64,000 nucleotides of DNA from Lama glama. Taxonomy: Eukaryota. The translations under genes and the position numbers were made by a program. Below the pieces are notes generated by a model. The model saw nothing but the letters and a program-made list of their open reading frames with translations. It was not told the DNA's origin and made no database searches. The DNA is taken from NCBI GenBank assembly GCA_028534125.1, contig CM052816.1, positions 64,792,001-64,856,000 of the forward strand, given 5' to 3'. Positions 37,770 to 50,336 of this stretch are shown piece by piece; positions within the stretch are counted from its first letter, which is position 1; every line of letters begins with the position of its first letter.

Positions 37770-38800
37770 GATTCTGTTTGGATCCTCTGAGAAGAGAAGA
37801 TGCCAGGATGGGACTAGATGTGCCCGCATTATGATGCCAGGGTTGGGGGCATCCTGAAAAGATAAAGGGAAGGGAACATGAGCTGGGGGTAGCCTTCAGC
37901 CTGTGATGTAGGTCTGACCTCTTTGAAAGCAGAGTCGGAAAGAGGAATCGGGTAGGAAGGGCTGAAAACCACGGGGTGCAGGTCTGAGAAGGTCTTGGCC
38001 AGGCTGATGCAATGGGGAGTCCCTGGGCGAAGGTTGCCTGCTGGAGGTGTCCCATGTCTTCTGGTGGGACTGGCCTTGCTCCGGTGCCCCCACCATGCTC
38101 ACCAGTGTGCTGAAGAAGCCCCAGGGAAGCGGGAAAAGGCCAGCAGCTAGAGGCTGGAGGCTGTCATGGAGGCTGTCGCTTTGCAGGGAGGTGTGAGCCG
38201 CGCGCCTCCTTGGCCGGCACGATCCATTCCTTACTCTGCACAGATCTGCTTCTCTGCATGTGTTCATGGGCCTTCCTGAAGCCAAATCTAGGAGGTGGAA
38301 ATTACTAGGAGGAACACAGCCTCTGCTGCTGTAGCTGGCCTCATGGCTGCACCTGGTGCTGATTCTCTCCTTTCTCCGCTCTCCAGGGTAGATTCCCCCA
38401 CCCTCAGCTGTCACCTTGGCAGGCTTTCAGTTGCTGGCCTAGACGTTGCCCCAGAAGTTCATTCTGAGAGTCTGGACCCTTGATAACCATGCATCCCCAG
38501 GCTTGATACTTGTGCGCATGCCCACTCAGTTACGGCGGGACGAGGGAGTACAAGAGGTGCACGGGTGTCCTGCCTCCCTGTCCCTAGTCTGGATCAGCTA
38601 CCCCTGCCATGCAGGGGTTCTTCTTCTTAACTGCTGCTCCCTGCCACTTTTGCCAGGAGTCCAAAGTGCCCCGCTCGGTCCCCTGGCAAGAGCACTTCTC
38701 TTTTGGGGACGGGGCTTATAGCTGCAGAGCCCAGGGCTGTGGGTCATTGGGGAGGATGGTTAAGTAAGGCTACTCCTGCCTCTGTCCCTTGGTTCCTGGG
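37770..38800 (-). mobile_element. Old ERVL-class LTR (LTR33/LTR16-like) plus adjacent internal fragment
   Basis: gccttcagcctgtgatgtaggtctgacctctttgaaag and ggtcttggccaggctgatg...ggggagtccc resemble LTR33-type LTRs as recalled; GC-rich continuation resembles ERVL internal leader sequence. Family tentative. Confidence 0.5.
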
Positions 38801-38879
38801 ACACATATTTATGTGAATTCATGTGACACACATTCGTGTGGACACAGCAGTGTATAGAGCCCTCCGACTTAATTCATAT

Positions 38880-39380
38880 ACTATCCCATTGTCCTGTATG
38901 TCCAGGTATTGTGTCTTCCAACTTTTTTTTCAAAATTGTTTTGGCTATTCTAGTTCTTTAGCTTTTTCATATAAATTTTAGAATTAATTAATTAACTTAC
39001 TTATTTATTTCTATAAAAATTTCTCTTGAGGTTTTTGAAGGAAATTATGTGAGATCCATAGATCAGTTTGGGGAGATTTGATAAAATTAATGAAACTGGG
39101 TCTTCCAAATCATGAACACGGTGTACCTCTCAGTTTATTTAAGTTTTTAATCTCTCAGAAATGTTTGTAGCTTTAAGTGTATGTACGCTGCTAATTTTTT
39201 TTTTTAGATTTAGATCTATGTAGTTTATGTTTTATTCGTGCAGTTATTGTGGAAGTAATAGGTGGTAATTTTCTGTGATCTTAGATCTTGTGCATTTCTT
39301 TTTTTTTGTTATAGGTATTTAATATATTTTATTCTATTGCAAATGGAATTTATTTTCTAAATACTTATTGCTGATCTAAA
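38880..39380 (-). mobile_element. Old L1M fragment
   Basis: aaaattgttttggctattctagttctttagctttttcatataaattttagaat...tcttccaaatcatgaacacggt. Confidence 0.75.
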
Positions 39381-40328
39381 GTAGGAGTGTCTTTCAGGTA
39401 AGATAATACATCTCCCGTAGTTAAAAATACTCACTGGATCCTTTACTCATAATGGAATCTTTCTTGATACAGAATACGGAATGATTTCTCACCTTGTAGT
39501 TCAAAGAGTTCCTTAGTTTGTCAGGTAGCTGCTTTTACCTCATCTCTCATTCTCCTTCCCTCAAATACTTTAAGTTCCTGATACACCTTTAAGCAGTATT
39601 GTGAGGTGTAATCATTAGTTTTTCAGCATTTAAGTGATATGGTACTATATACCACTATTGGGCTTGAAAAGTATGTTGAATGGGCATATGTTACAGAGCA
39701 TAGTGAAGCCCAGCAAAATACTGTGAATTTGCCTGACCCATGAGTTTCTGAGAAATAGCCATCTCAGAGAGATCAGCTCCTGTAATCATTACTGGGCTGT
39801 TTATTTTATTTTATTTATTTTTTTAATTTAAAGGCTTTAGGCTACTAAGGCAAAGAAGCAGACTGGTAAAAGCTGTAGATGCCAGTTTCTGCAGATGCTA
39901 AAGGAAAATTTCTAGCACATATTGTGGAAAGGACTTTAAGTCACGTGTCTTCTGTCATTTGAGTCAAATTTATTGATTTATAAGCTGTATTTTCCTTGGG
40001 GTTTAGATGCCCTAGAATATTTTTATTGATTGATTAGGTAATAATTTCTAGTTTGTTTCAAGTATATTCATCAAAGGACAGTAGTTCTGGTATAGATTAT
40101 TTTTTAATTGCAGTTTTCTAACCAGTGTTTGGCAGCGGAGGTGGCAATAGGAGACCTGGGTGGTTTTATCAGATGATTAGCTGTGGCCAGTTCCTTTTAT
40201 GGCCTCAAATTTTTCACTGTGCAAGTGTAGAGTTTGTGCTAGGTCATTTTAAAGCGGATTTTATAATTTTGGAATTCACGATCTTGTTAGGATTACATTT
40301 GTAATTTTTAAAGTAAAGACAAAGTTGC

Positions 40329-40342
40329 CCACTAGAGGGAGC
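40329..40342 (+). promoter_or_regulatory. Candidate CTCF site (CCACTAGAGGGAGC)
   Basis: CTCF core-like motif; one of three exact copies in intron 2. Confidence 0.6.
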
Positions 40343-40364
40343 TCTGCTCCAGTTACTATAAGCT

Positions 40365-41030
40365 GTGCTGCCTTGAACATTTATTGACATGTCTTCTTCG
40401 CGCACGTGTTAAGTATTTCTTTAGGTTACCCAATTACCAAGGAGTGGAATTAGTTTACGGAATACGTGCATGTTGACATGCGCATGTTCAGCTTTACATG
40501 CCAACTGTTTCCCATAGCGAATATGCTAATTTTTCAGTGATAGAAAATATTTGGTACCGACTGACATGAAGTTTTGCCAATCTGTTAAGTGTGAAATGCT
40601 GTCTCATTGTAATGTTATTTTGAATTTCCTTGATTACTGATGGGATTAAGTATCTTTTATTATGCTTATTTATCATTCCTGTTTCCATAGCTGGATGCCT
40701 GCTTCATGTCTTTGGCCTTTCGCTATAAGATTTTTTTTTTTTAAATAAATCCTTAGGCGTTTTAGAAAGTATATTCTGGATATTAATTCTTAGTCAATTA
40801 TATGGATTATAAAAGCTCTCATTTCTTTCACTTTATGGTGTCCGAATGAACAGAAAAAACTTTAATTGTAATGTCAGTGAATGTATCAGGTATTTTCTCT
40901 ATACTGTGTGGTTTTTATATCTTGCTTAAAAAGAATTCCTTTATTTTCCAAAGTCAGAGAGATATTTTCTTATATTGTACCCTAGTTTTATGGTTTTGCC
41001 TATGATTCTTGTTCATGGTGTGAACTTGGG
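40365..41030 (-). mobile_element. Old L1M fragment (appears to continue at about 43270-43930 beyond the MaLR insertion)
   Basis: ggagtggaattagt, ttttgccaatctg...gtctcattgtaatg, tatattctggatattaattctt. Confidence 0.65.
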
Positions 41031-41044
41031 ATTTTTTTTTTTTT

Positions 41045-43263
41045 TTCTTGCTGAAAAACAAATTACCCCAAGCTTTAGTGGCTGGAAGCAACCATATTTT
41101 ACCTAGCTCATGGTTCCTGTGTTAAGCATTTAGAAAGAACTTAGCTGGCAGTTTGCCCCTTACCCACATGGCATTATGTAGGCTAGAAAATTCACTTCCA
41201 AGATGTCTTCTTTCTCTGCTCACAGACGTGGTGCCTTTGTGCCCCTTGGCCCCTTTCTCCTCTACGTGAGCTTTTACCCTCTAGGGCATGTCCACATGGG
41301 TTGTGCTTCTTGCAGCACGATGGTCTTAGGGTAGTTGCTGTTACGGGTTGTTGGCTTCTATGGCCCAAGAATGAGCATCCCAAAAGGAAAGTATTTCCAG
41401 TAGGCAAGAAGAGGAAACAGCCAGGTGGCTAATATCTGTAGACCTCTGCCTGGAATTGCTGAAGTATCACTTCTGCCGTGTTCTATTTGTTAAAGCAATC
41501 ACGGGGCTCATTCACATGCAAAGGAATGGAGAAATTACCTCCTCCCGTTGATGAGGAGTGTCAGAGTCACATTATGGAAGAAGCATAAAGAGTGGGAGAT
41601 ATTGTTGTGGCCATCGTTAGAAAATTCAGTCTGACTACATCAGCAGTTGTTTGCAAACTACATTCACCTCCTCTGTCAAGACTCCCAGAACTCATCCCAC
41701 AGCGGCATCGCATATAGCAGTTCGTTGCTCATACATAGCACTTCTAAAATGCAGTTGAACATAAAAGTCTGTCACTGATTAGGGCACATTCTGCTTCCTG
41801 GGAGTGATTCTGTGTGGTTCCAGGCTGTACCTCTGAACTCCTGGCTCTGTATTTGGAGTCATTCTGGCCCATGATTGCAGTGGCACAGCTTCTTCAGACG
41901 CATCCTGCTTATAGAAGCCTGGGATTCTTGACTGTTCTTTTAATTTTAAATTGTGTTTTAGTCAGAGTGGATGGTGATTCTGTTATTCCTGTTATCTTAA
42001 AAGTGCTGTGGCTTTTCTGTGAATCTTATTGTGCTTCAATCTATCAGACAGAAGTCGCACTCATAAATCTCTTTGAGACAGGATCTCCTCTGCCTTGGGC
42101 TGCTTATAAGCCGGCTATGGTGCAACACTCCTAAGATTCTTAAAGAACTGTCTTCAAGAAAGTTACTCGGTTAAATCTTCATGAGGTTATAGCAAAACTT
42201 TTATAGCCAGACACTTGTGACAATCTCGAGACAATAGTTTACTAGAAACATCATGAATTTGGTATTTGTTATAAGGCCCTTTTGAACTCTGAGAACCATT
42301 TGCTAGGAGAGATTAACAATGAGAAATTGTTTTGTTTTTTAATCATCAGGTCATGGCTCCTTTGTATTTCTTCTAAATTCTGCTTAAAAACTGAAAAGTT
42401 CCTTTTTAGTTATTTCCCTCTGTCTGTATCTTGTTATTGAGACTAAAAGAGACGAGTTGGCACTTTCAGCGTTCACCCTGGAAAACCCCTTAGCCAGATC
42501 CACCTTTTGTGTTTTCCTTGTTAGTGCAGGTGACAGTTGTAACCGAGCTTTATGCCACTATGTGCCATACGTCTTGTCCCCAACCTCCAGTAACAGCTTC
42601 CTCACTGTTCTTCCAGCCTCCACTACAAAGTCTCCCTGAGGCCCATCAGGCCTGCACGCACTGCGGGGCCCTGATGCCACACGTTTTCCTTCCGGTTACC
42701 TGTTGTTGTATCACAAAACTACGCCCAAACTTAGTGCCTTAAAACAATTGTTGTAGTTCTTACATAATTTTACAGGTTGGGAACTTGGAAGGGCTCAGCT
42801 GGACGTTAGCTGGGGCTGCTGAGGCTCAGGGATCCGCCTCCGCCAGGACTTCTTCATCCAGAAGTCTGGAACGTCGGTGGAACTTGACCTCAATTTCTTT
42901 CCACACAGGGTCTCATCTTCTGGAGCCTCTTTCTGTCGCTTAGGGGTCTCACAGCATGCTGGGCTCAGGGCAGTCACACTTACATGATGGCTGGTTTCCA
43001 AGAGGGAGCTTGGCAAGAGTGGGTGATACGAGAGCCAGAGTTCCAAGAGGTGGGAAGGAAGTTGCGGGCCAGCTCGAGGCTAGTGCCCAGAACTGCCACA
43101 CTGCCCCTCTGCCGTCTTCTGTTCACCATGTCAGCCAGAGAGTGCTCACCTTGGCTCAGGTGCACCCTCCCTCTTGTTAGGGTAACGGCAAGATCACGTT
43201 GCAGGAGTACATGTGGGTGGGAGGTAACGTTGCAAAACATCTTTGGAAGTGCAGGCGGCCACA
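41045..43263 (-). mobile_element. MaLR (MLT1) provirus remnant: LTR (about 41045-41639), internal region (about 41640-42690), LTR (about 42695-43263)
   Basis: Two same-orientation MLT1 LTRs with matching landmarks (aaattaccccaagctttagtggc / aaactacgcccaaacttagtgcc; ends ctgactaca / gcggccaca) flank about 1 kb resembling MLT-int. Confidence 0.7.
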
Positions 43264-43414
43264 GGGATGCAATTGCATTTTTTCCCAAATGGGTAACCAA
43301 CTGGACTGGAACTCTTCATTAAACAGTCTGTACACTATCCTTGATCTGTAATGTCTGTTCTGTCATAAATCAGGTTTCTAAACCTGTGTGTATTTGTTTT
43401 AGATCACCTCTTTT

Positions 43415-43617
43415 CACTGATGGTTTTCACCTGGGGGCCATTCTGCAGGGAACATATCTGTAGACGGTTTTGGTTGTCACGCTTGGGAGGGGCTGCTGTG
43501 AGCATCTGGTGGGTAGAAGCCAGGGACAGCCCTAAACTTCTGACGCTGTGCATGACTGCCCTCCACGGGAAAATTATCCAGCCCGAGTGTCAGCGACGCT
43601 GAGGCTGAGAAGCTGTG
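43415..43617 (+). mobile_element. MER20 hAT-Charlie MITE
   Basis: ttttggttgtcac...gcatctggtgggtagaagccaggga...aattatccagccc...gctgaggctgagaa. Confidence 0.85.
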
Positions 43618-44129
43618 GTCCATGCCGTCAGTCTTGTCCTACCAACTTACTTAGCCTTGATGTCTGGTAGAGCATATCTTCTTTCAAGAATGTCCTGATT
43701 ATGTTTGATCGCTTGCATTTCCACATAACTTTTAGAATCAGTTGATCATGTTTCATGAAAAACTTTGTATTTTGACTGGAATTTCATTGTAACTATAGCT
43801 CTTCCTGAGGAAAATTGACATTTTATGATACTGAATCATCTTATTCACTAACGTGATATCTCTATCAATTTAATTCTTTGATGTCTTTTAATAAAATTTC
43901 ATAATTTTCTCCATAATTTTCTTGTAAATCTTTTGTGTAAGATTTGCCCTCTTGGCCAGTTAGCTATGACGATTTTAATAAGCTGTGTTCCTCTTTGGGG
44001 CCTTAATTCCCCTAAGTGAAAAATGTGACATTTGAACTAGATTATCTCTAACAGACTTTCAGGGCCAAGATAACATGATTAAACGTTAGAATTAAGTGAA
44101 AAACTTTCAGTGCACAACATACAGGCGGT

Positions 44130-44143
44130 CCACTAGAGGGAGC
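44130..44143 (+). promoter_or_regulatory. Candidate CTCF site (gtCCACTAGAGGGAGCgc)
   Basis: CTCF core-like motif; one of three exact copies in intron 2. Confidence 0.65.
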
Positions 44144-44644
44144 GCTTCTTCCTTTCATCTCGGACCAGGTTGCCGTCTGCTGGGAAGACACCACATCAGT
44201 TGCTGACCCGGCTGGTGCTATTAACAAAGACCGTATCTTCTCAGGGCCCAGGGAAGTAGGGGCTCCCTGGTGTCTCTTCAGTCGCAGTTCTCCGCATAAG
44301 AAATTCTGCTTTGGTCTTTGGGAGATATTGCTTGTTTCTGGTTGTGGGACTACAAGAAACATATTTTGAACCTAGGAGGAAATTTATAGATCATCCAATT
44401 TAATTCCTTCATTTGACAAGGGAATAAATTGTGATTTTGAGACACTTTCACTTTCCTGAGGACATACAATTTGTGAGTGAGCCAAGGATGGAACTCAGGT
44501 TCATACTTTTCACACCATAGTTGAGGGATCGGGAAGGGAAGTAAGCAGTAGGGCGGGTGGGGGCAAGGGTTGTGTTTAAGTTTTAAAGGACTGAGAAGCA
44601 GGTGGTCTGTGAATTCCCTGCAGTTGTATGCAATATTATGTGAA

Positions 44645-44690
44645 TGTGCGTGCGTGCGTGCGTGCGTGTGTGTGTGTGTGTGTGTATGTG
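44645..44690. repeat. (TGCG)5(TG)n compound microsatellite
   Basis: Directly visible alternating purine-pyrimidine tract. Confidence 0.92.
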
Positions 44691-46167
44691 TCTGTTTGCA
44701 TACATATGCTATAGTCTGGCTGGAAATAGGACTTTTGCTGTGACTATTGGCTTCTAAGAAATCGGATTGAACTTCAGTAAGCCAGCCTTTACTTACAAAG
44801 TAGAATAATTTTCACTGGCTTTAGAGATTCATTTAATTTATATTTTGGAATCACCTGGAAATACCTGCCTTGGTAACTTAATTACCGAAAATTTAAGCAG
44901 TCTTTCAGTTTATCTTTAATTTGATTTAATGATTTCTAGACTGCATTTTTTTCTTACTGACTCAAAACTGACTTTTCCAATAAAATGCAGTTATTGGATG
45001 TTCTTGTCAGAGAAAATGAAATTCAACTTTTCTCTGTTAGTCATCCTTTGTCAAGTCTATTGTGCCTGTTTTTAAAATGTCTCTCCATAGTACTCTCATT
45101 GTTTATCATTCTCCTGGTTCACCCTGACACAGACTTCCCTTGTAAACTGTAGACATTTTAAGATTCTTTATTTCTCGTATTGCCTTATGAATAAGGTCTT
45201 TATAGCTTATGGGTATCACAGACAAGATTTTAAGCCTTGATTTTGGCCTAAATAAATAAAAAGTGAAAATAAAAAGTCATTATCTATTGAATTTCGTGTC
45301 AATTTTAAGAACTAGAGTTCTTGCATTTTTTTGTTTTTGTTTTTTTCCCCAACACAATGCAATGTATCCCTTTGCAGCAAGCTAACAGAAACAGACCCTC
45401 TGAGGAAAATGTGTATTTAGTGACCTCTGTTGTTCTCTATCAGGTATGGTCTAGACCAGTTCAAAGAGAGTTAGATTGTAGCTTTGGCTTCTATGTGTTT
45501 GTCCAAGGAGGGATGATGTTGATACCTAGGGGAGATGAAAGCAGAGAAGAAGCACCAGAAGGCAGAATAAGAACACTGGGAAGCATTCTATCTCCTCCAA
45601 AATGGATTTTTACACCGAAGCTTCAGTCTCAGTGTGGCTGTTCAAGGGAAGGAGAATTAATCTTTATCAGGAATAGTTATGAACATGAACATTAGGCCAA
45701 ATGGCTTTTGTGCTAATGTTTGTTTCCTCAGCAAGTTTTACTGAAGATTTCTCTATCGGTAATTTCTGTTTGCATTCTTAGCATCTGTAAACTTCAGCTG
45801 GAGTTGTGAGACAGTGAGGATTTGAGCTGGGTGGAAGAAGTGGCTTCCCCAGCATCCCATTAAGGACATCTTTAATCACGAAAATTGAATGATAGGACAA
45901 GGTTTGCTTACTTATCTATTAAAAAATGTGTCACATATTTGATTCCTGTTTCTCTTCATAAATGTTATTTGATGAGCATAATGAATGGTTTTAAAAAATC
46001 ATATATTATTGGGTCTATTTAGACGTGTGTAATGGTTTAAGTATGAATTCATTATCTGAAGTTTGGAATTACATAAATTCTCAAGAATACAAGAAGTGGG
46101 GGCTGTTGTTAAAATAGCTGTGTCTCCCACTGACTGCAATAATAGAGATTTTCTTCTTGATTTTTAG

Positions 46168-46303
46168 ATTTCCTCCTTCCTCACCCCTGAAACCATATCC
46201 AAAGAGGCCCCCATATCAAAAGGAGGTTATTAAATTTCCAGAATGGAATGACCCCCCACCAGGCACTTCTCAAGAGAACATCCCGGTGAGGCCGGTTGTG
46301 ATG
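46168..46303 (+). CDS. DEPDC1B: DEPDC1B exon 3 ([45 protein letters not shown])
   Basis: Acceptor tttttag|A, donor ATG|gtaagt; 136 nt; completes the split Arg codon from exon 2. Confidence 0.96.
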
Positions 46304-46989
46304 GTAAGTGTCATTATAAGAGAGGAGGACAGGCAGCAGGAGAGATAAGAATTAGTCTGTGAACCAGCAGGCTTAGTCCACTTCTTTCTGTGGTCCCCTG
46401 CGAGCAGTGGTCTGAAGACAATATCTTACGTGTCAGTAGCTGAGAATAACAAAGGAAGACTGGCTTTTGCATTTCTTCGCACTTGCCTACTGACACTTTG
46501 AATATATGGTAGCTGTTTTCATATGTTTAGACTGAGCAGTTTTCTGTTAAAACTCCCTTATAGTTTCCTTTTCCTTTCTGTTCTGTAATTTGCTCTTCTC
46601 CCTCTTGGTCTCCTCTTCCTGAACTTTGTTATAATTATTTCCAGTTGAAAGTACGAAGACTGGGGCACGGGGTATTGTGGAGTGAGCCCTGGCACAGTAT
46701 ATGAACAAAGGGAGAGTCTGCTAATCTGGGGAAATCTAAGCTCATTGTAGAATAAACTGCCTTTTTTGGAGTGTACTTTTTCCTTGAAATGTCTCCAGTA
46801 GAAGACTACCAAGATTGAGATAATGCAAAAAAATAAAATGCAGACAAAAACTTTTATATGGCAGTTTTTAAGAATTGTACCAACATCAGTGTTTTAAGTT
46901 AATCTATTATAGAGTGAGCTTATCCAGTTCATATGTTTGCAAAGATATGATGTAAACATTTTTAGGCAATGTAATTGAAAGAAAAAAAA

Positions 46990-47218
46990 TTTTTTTTTTT
47001 TGCTGAGGTATAGTTGATTTACAATGTTGTGTTAATTTCAGGTCTACAGCAAAATGGTTCAGTTATATATATTCTTTTTCAAATTTTTTTCCATTATAGG
47101 GTATTATAAGGTATTGAGTATAGTTCCCTGTGCTATATAGTAGGACCTTATTGTTTATCTGTTTTATATATAGTAGTGTTTATCTGTTAATCCTGAACTC
47201 CTAATATATCCCTCCCCC
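46990..47218 (-). mobile_element. L1 3' end
   Basis: PolyT + gaggtatagttgatttacaatgttgtgttaatttcagg...gttccctgtgctatatagtaggacc. Confidence 0.85.
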
Positions 47219-48619
47219 TGAATTTTTTTTTTTAAAGAGGTTGTATTGTATCTCAGTTTGGAGAGAGTAATTAACTAGTTTAGGTTTTATCAAAGATAAT
47301 TGAAGAAAAAGAGTGATGCCAGTAACAGAAATGGAGGACTTCATATGAACTTACAGATTTGTGAGGGACAGTGATGAGTTTAGTTTTAAACATGTTTGAA
47401 GATAAAGGTAGATTGTATTAAATGGAAGTGTCCAACAAGTGGATGGAGATAATAGATGTGGAACTTAGATGAGAGGTCACATTTAAATGGCATGAACATG
47501 TTCATTCAATAAAGGTCTATTGAGTGTCTGCCGTGTGCCACGCAGCGTGCTGGGTGCTACAGGTACATTAGTAAGTGGTACAATTTTTCCTCCAAAAGGG
47601 CTCATGGTCTAGTGAAGTCTGTACAGTGAGGTTATTAGAAATCAAAAGTGGAACCACCCTGAAAGAGAGAGCACGAAGAGTATTGGAGGATCATTTAATT
47701 CATTACTAATGAGGAGAACTTAGTTAAGGTCTAGCTGATAGTTCCCATGTTCAAGAAAATTAAGATATAAGCTCCATGAGGTCAGGTTCATATTTTTGAA
47801 AATCTGTGTTTAAACTCCTAATATGACCCCATCAGGAGAGTGGTGATTCAACAGACATGTTTTCATTATAAGGTCACCCAGTGTTTTTTATACAACAGAG
47901 ATGAAGTCCCATATTAAACTAATGTGTATACATCGTTGGTATAATCACTTCCCTTTTCTGTTCTCTTTGGCCCTGGCAGTTGTAATATTCCCGGTGTCAC
48001 TCTGGGAAGACCGGGTGCTCGTTGGCACACTTTCACGCACCAGTGAAGACGACGATGTCTTCTCTCTTCTGTCTTCCATTTTCAGTCTCTAATTTTTCAG
48101 GAGCCCTGCAGTGATATGCCAGCATCTCGGATTCATCAGCCATTTCCCCCAAAGCTTGTCACGTCCCTGGTGGTCTGTCTGTGTGCATATTTCCGGTAAC
48201 ATTGCTCTCACCTTAGCTTGTACTTCCCCTTCAATTAAGTGGTGGAGATTTGAGCTCCTCACTTGTTCTAATTCCGCTAAAGCTTGGGCTGCTGCTTCTT
48301 GAGGACTGTCCCGAGGAAGAGCGACAGTGCAGGACCTGTTTGCCCCACTGGACCTTGATGCGGGTTTTGGATTGAGGAGGCTGAGTGTGCATGTGCGTTG
48401 ATGGAGACGTTACTAGACAAGCAGTCCATCTTCCTTGGGGAACTGGAGCGCATCTTTATTTCTTCCACCTGCTTCCCCTCTTTCTACCTCTGCCTCCACT
48501 CGGCTTGTGGGTTTTTGTTTTGGTTTGGTCCTATCTTCTCTCTTGCCTAGACGTTATATAAAGTAAAATGAAGTACAGCAAAAAAAAAAAAAAAGTATTG
48601 CGTTTGCTGAGGGGTGGGG

Positions 48620-48875
48620 TAACACGGGGAGTCCCAGCATGGCCTCTGGAGACTGACTGCTGAATCTTGGCTCCTCCCTTTACTACCGGGTGAACTTGTT
48701 TCTCAGTTTCATTCACTGTGTTTGTGTCACGGTTTTCTTTTTGGTGAAAGTGGGATGATAACACCCCGCTGGGGTAAGGTAGTTGTGAGAATCAAGTGAC
48801 TTCATATTTGTGAAGTGTTGGGAATGGTGTCTGACACGGATTTTCGGTAAATGTTAACTACTATTACTATTATGA
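48620..48875 (+). mobile_element. MIR SINE
   Basis: tgaatcttggctcc...aaagtgggatgataaca...gttgtgagaatcaagtga...taaatgttaactactattactatt. Confidence 0.7.
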
Positions 48876-50161
48876 ATGAATTTAAGATAATTGTTTACAG
48901 TCAGAGACAAAAGAGAAAAATTACTCATAAGATCATCAACAGAGAATTAATATTAACATTTTTGTTGTGTTTTCTTTTTCCCATGCATATTTTTAACACC
49001 AAAATGAGATCATGCTGAGCTGTTTTGTAGCCTAAATTCTTCACTTAGAATATTGTACTACTGTGTCCATTTTTTCATGGTATTAAACATTCAACACCAT
49101 TTTTAATATCTGCATCATGTCTATAAAGTATCCATTTTATTTATCCAGTACTTTACTGTTAGATATGTACCAGATTTCTAATTTTTTGGTTTGTGTATAA
49201 ACAATGTATTAAGAAGTATTTTTACAGATAAATAGTTGAACCTATTCATGAATATTTCTTTAAGATAACTTTTAGAAGTGAATTTGCTTGGCAAATGCAA
49301 CAGCTGGTATTCCTGCCTTCAAAAATGGAAACCTAATTTAGATACTTAAAACAAATTTACAGAGCCATGTGGCCTTCAAATTTCTTTTGCAATTCAGTAA
49401 GTCTCCAAAAAAACAAAGCCAAAAACCACATCAGAAAACAACTTTCCAGCTCATTTTTTCCCCAAATTTATTTTTCTGCATTGACACTTGTGCAAAAAAC
49501 TATTATAGAAACTCTTCATAGATGACTTCTTATATGTTTTGCCCTTAAAAGTTCAAAGTTTTTTTCTGTGATTACCAAAAGGAAGTTTAAAGACTTGTGT
49601 GTAAAAGAAGGGAGACGCTAAGAATGTCAAATTGGTAAAGCTCTGTGATTCTGAGCAAATTACTTAACCACTCTGGGCTTTAGTTCTTCTTCCTGCCATC
49701 CCCAGCTGTCTGTGGAGCTCTTGTTTCCCTGCCTTCTTCAGATGCCTAAGATCTGGGGGCTGCTATCTAACATTGTACTTACTTGATCTTTCCTCATGAA
49801 AAATAGAGAATTCTTGAAAATAATAGACTTCATTGCTATTTTAAATGATTACTTAATTTGGACAGTGTGTGAATTTGGATAGATATTCCTCAAGTTAATT
49901 TTGAATTAATAAAATTTTACTTCACTGCTCCTTCACTGATTAGGTAGAACACCCACTAATGTCATGCTTATTGCCTTTGCTCTTTTGCAATTCTTGAATA
50001 TTCATTTAAGATATGACTTGATTTTTAAGAGCCGTGCTTTATTACTCTGTGGTCTATGCAAAGAAAGTTAGTTTATATTTCAAATTCTTATTTTAAATCA
50101 AGTTAAAAATAACCAAATCAAGGAATTTGTCATAAAATCATACCACTATTGAAATATTCAT

Positions 50162-50189
50162 TCTCTCTTTCTCTCTCTCTCTCTCTCTC
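50162..50189. repeat. (CT)n microsatellite within the polypyrimidine tract of the exon 4 acceptor
   Basis: Directly visible. Confidence 0.9.
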
Positions 50190-50208
50190 ATTCCCCCCTC
50201 CCCATTAG

Positions 50209-50336
50209 AATTCTGAGTTGTGGTTCAAGCGTCACAGTATTGCCATCGGAGAGGTGCCGGCTTGCCGCCTTATCCACCGTAGGCAGCTGACAGAGGCCAA
50301 CGTGGAAGAGATATGGAAGTCTGCAACGTTATCCTA
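50209..50336 (+). CDS. DEPDC1B: DEPDC1B exon 4 ([43 protein letters not shown])
   Basis: Acceptor after a (CT)n tract, cattag|AAT; donor TA|gtatgt; 128 nt. Not in the ORF track (too short); translated by hand. Confidence 0.95.

Noticed and set aside
37040..38721. ORFs of 122-172 aa on both strands
   Set aside because: They run through MIR, MER58-like and ERVL-like repeats with high GC content; no domain or splice support.
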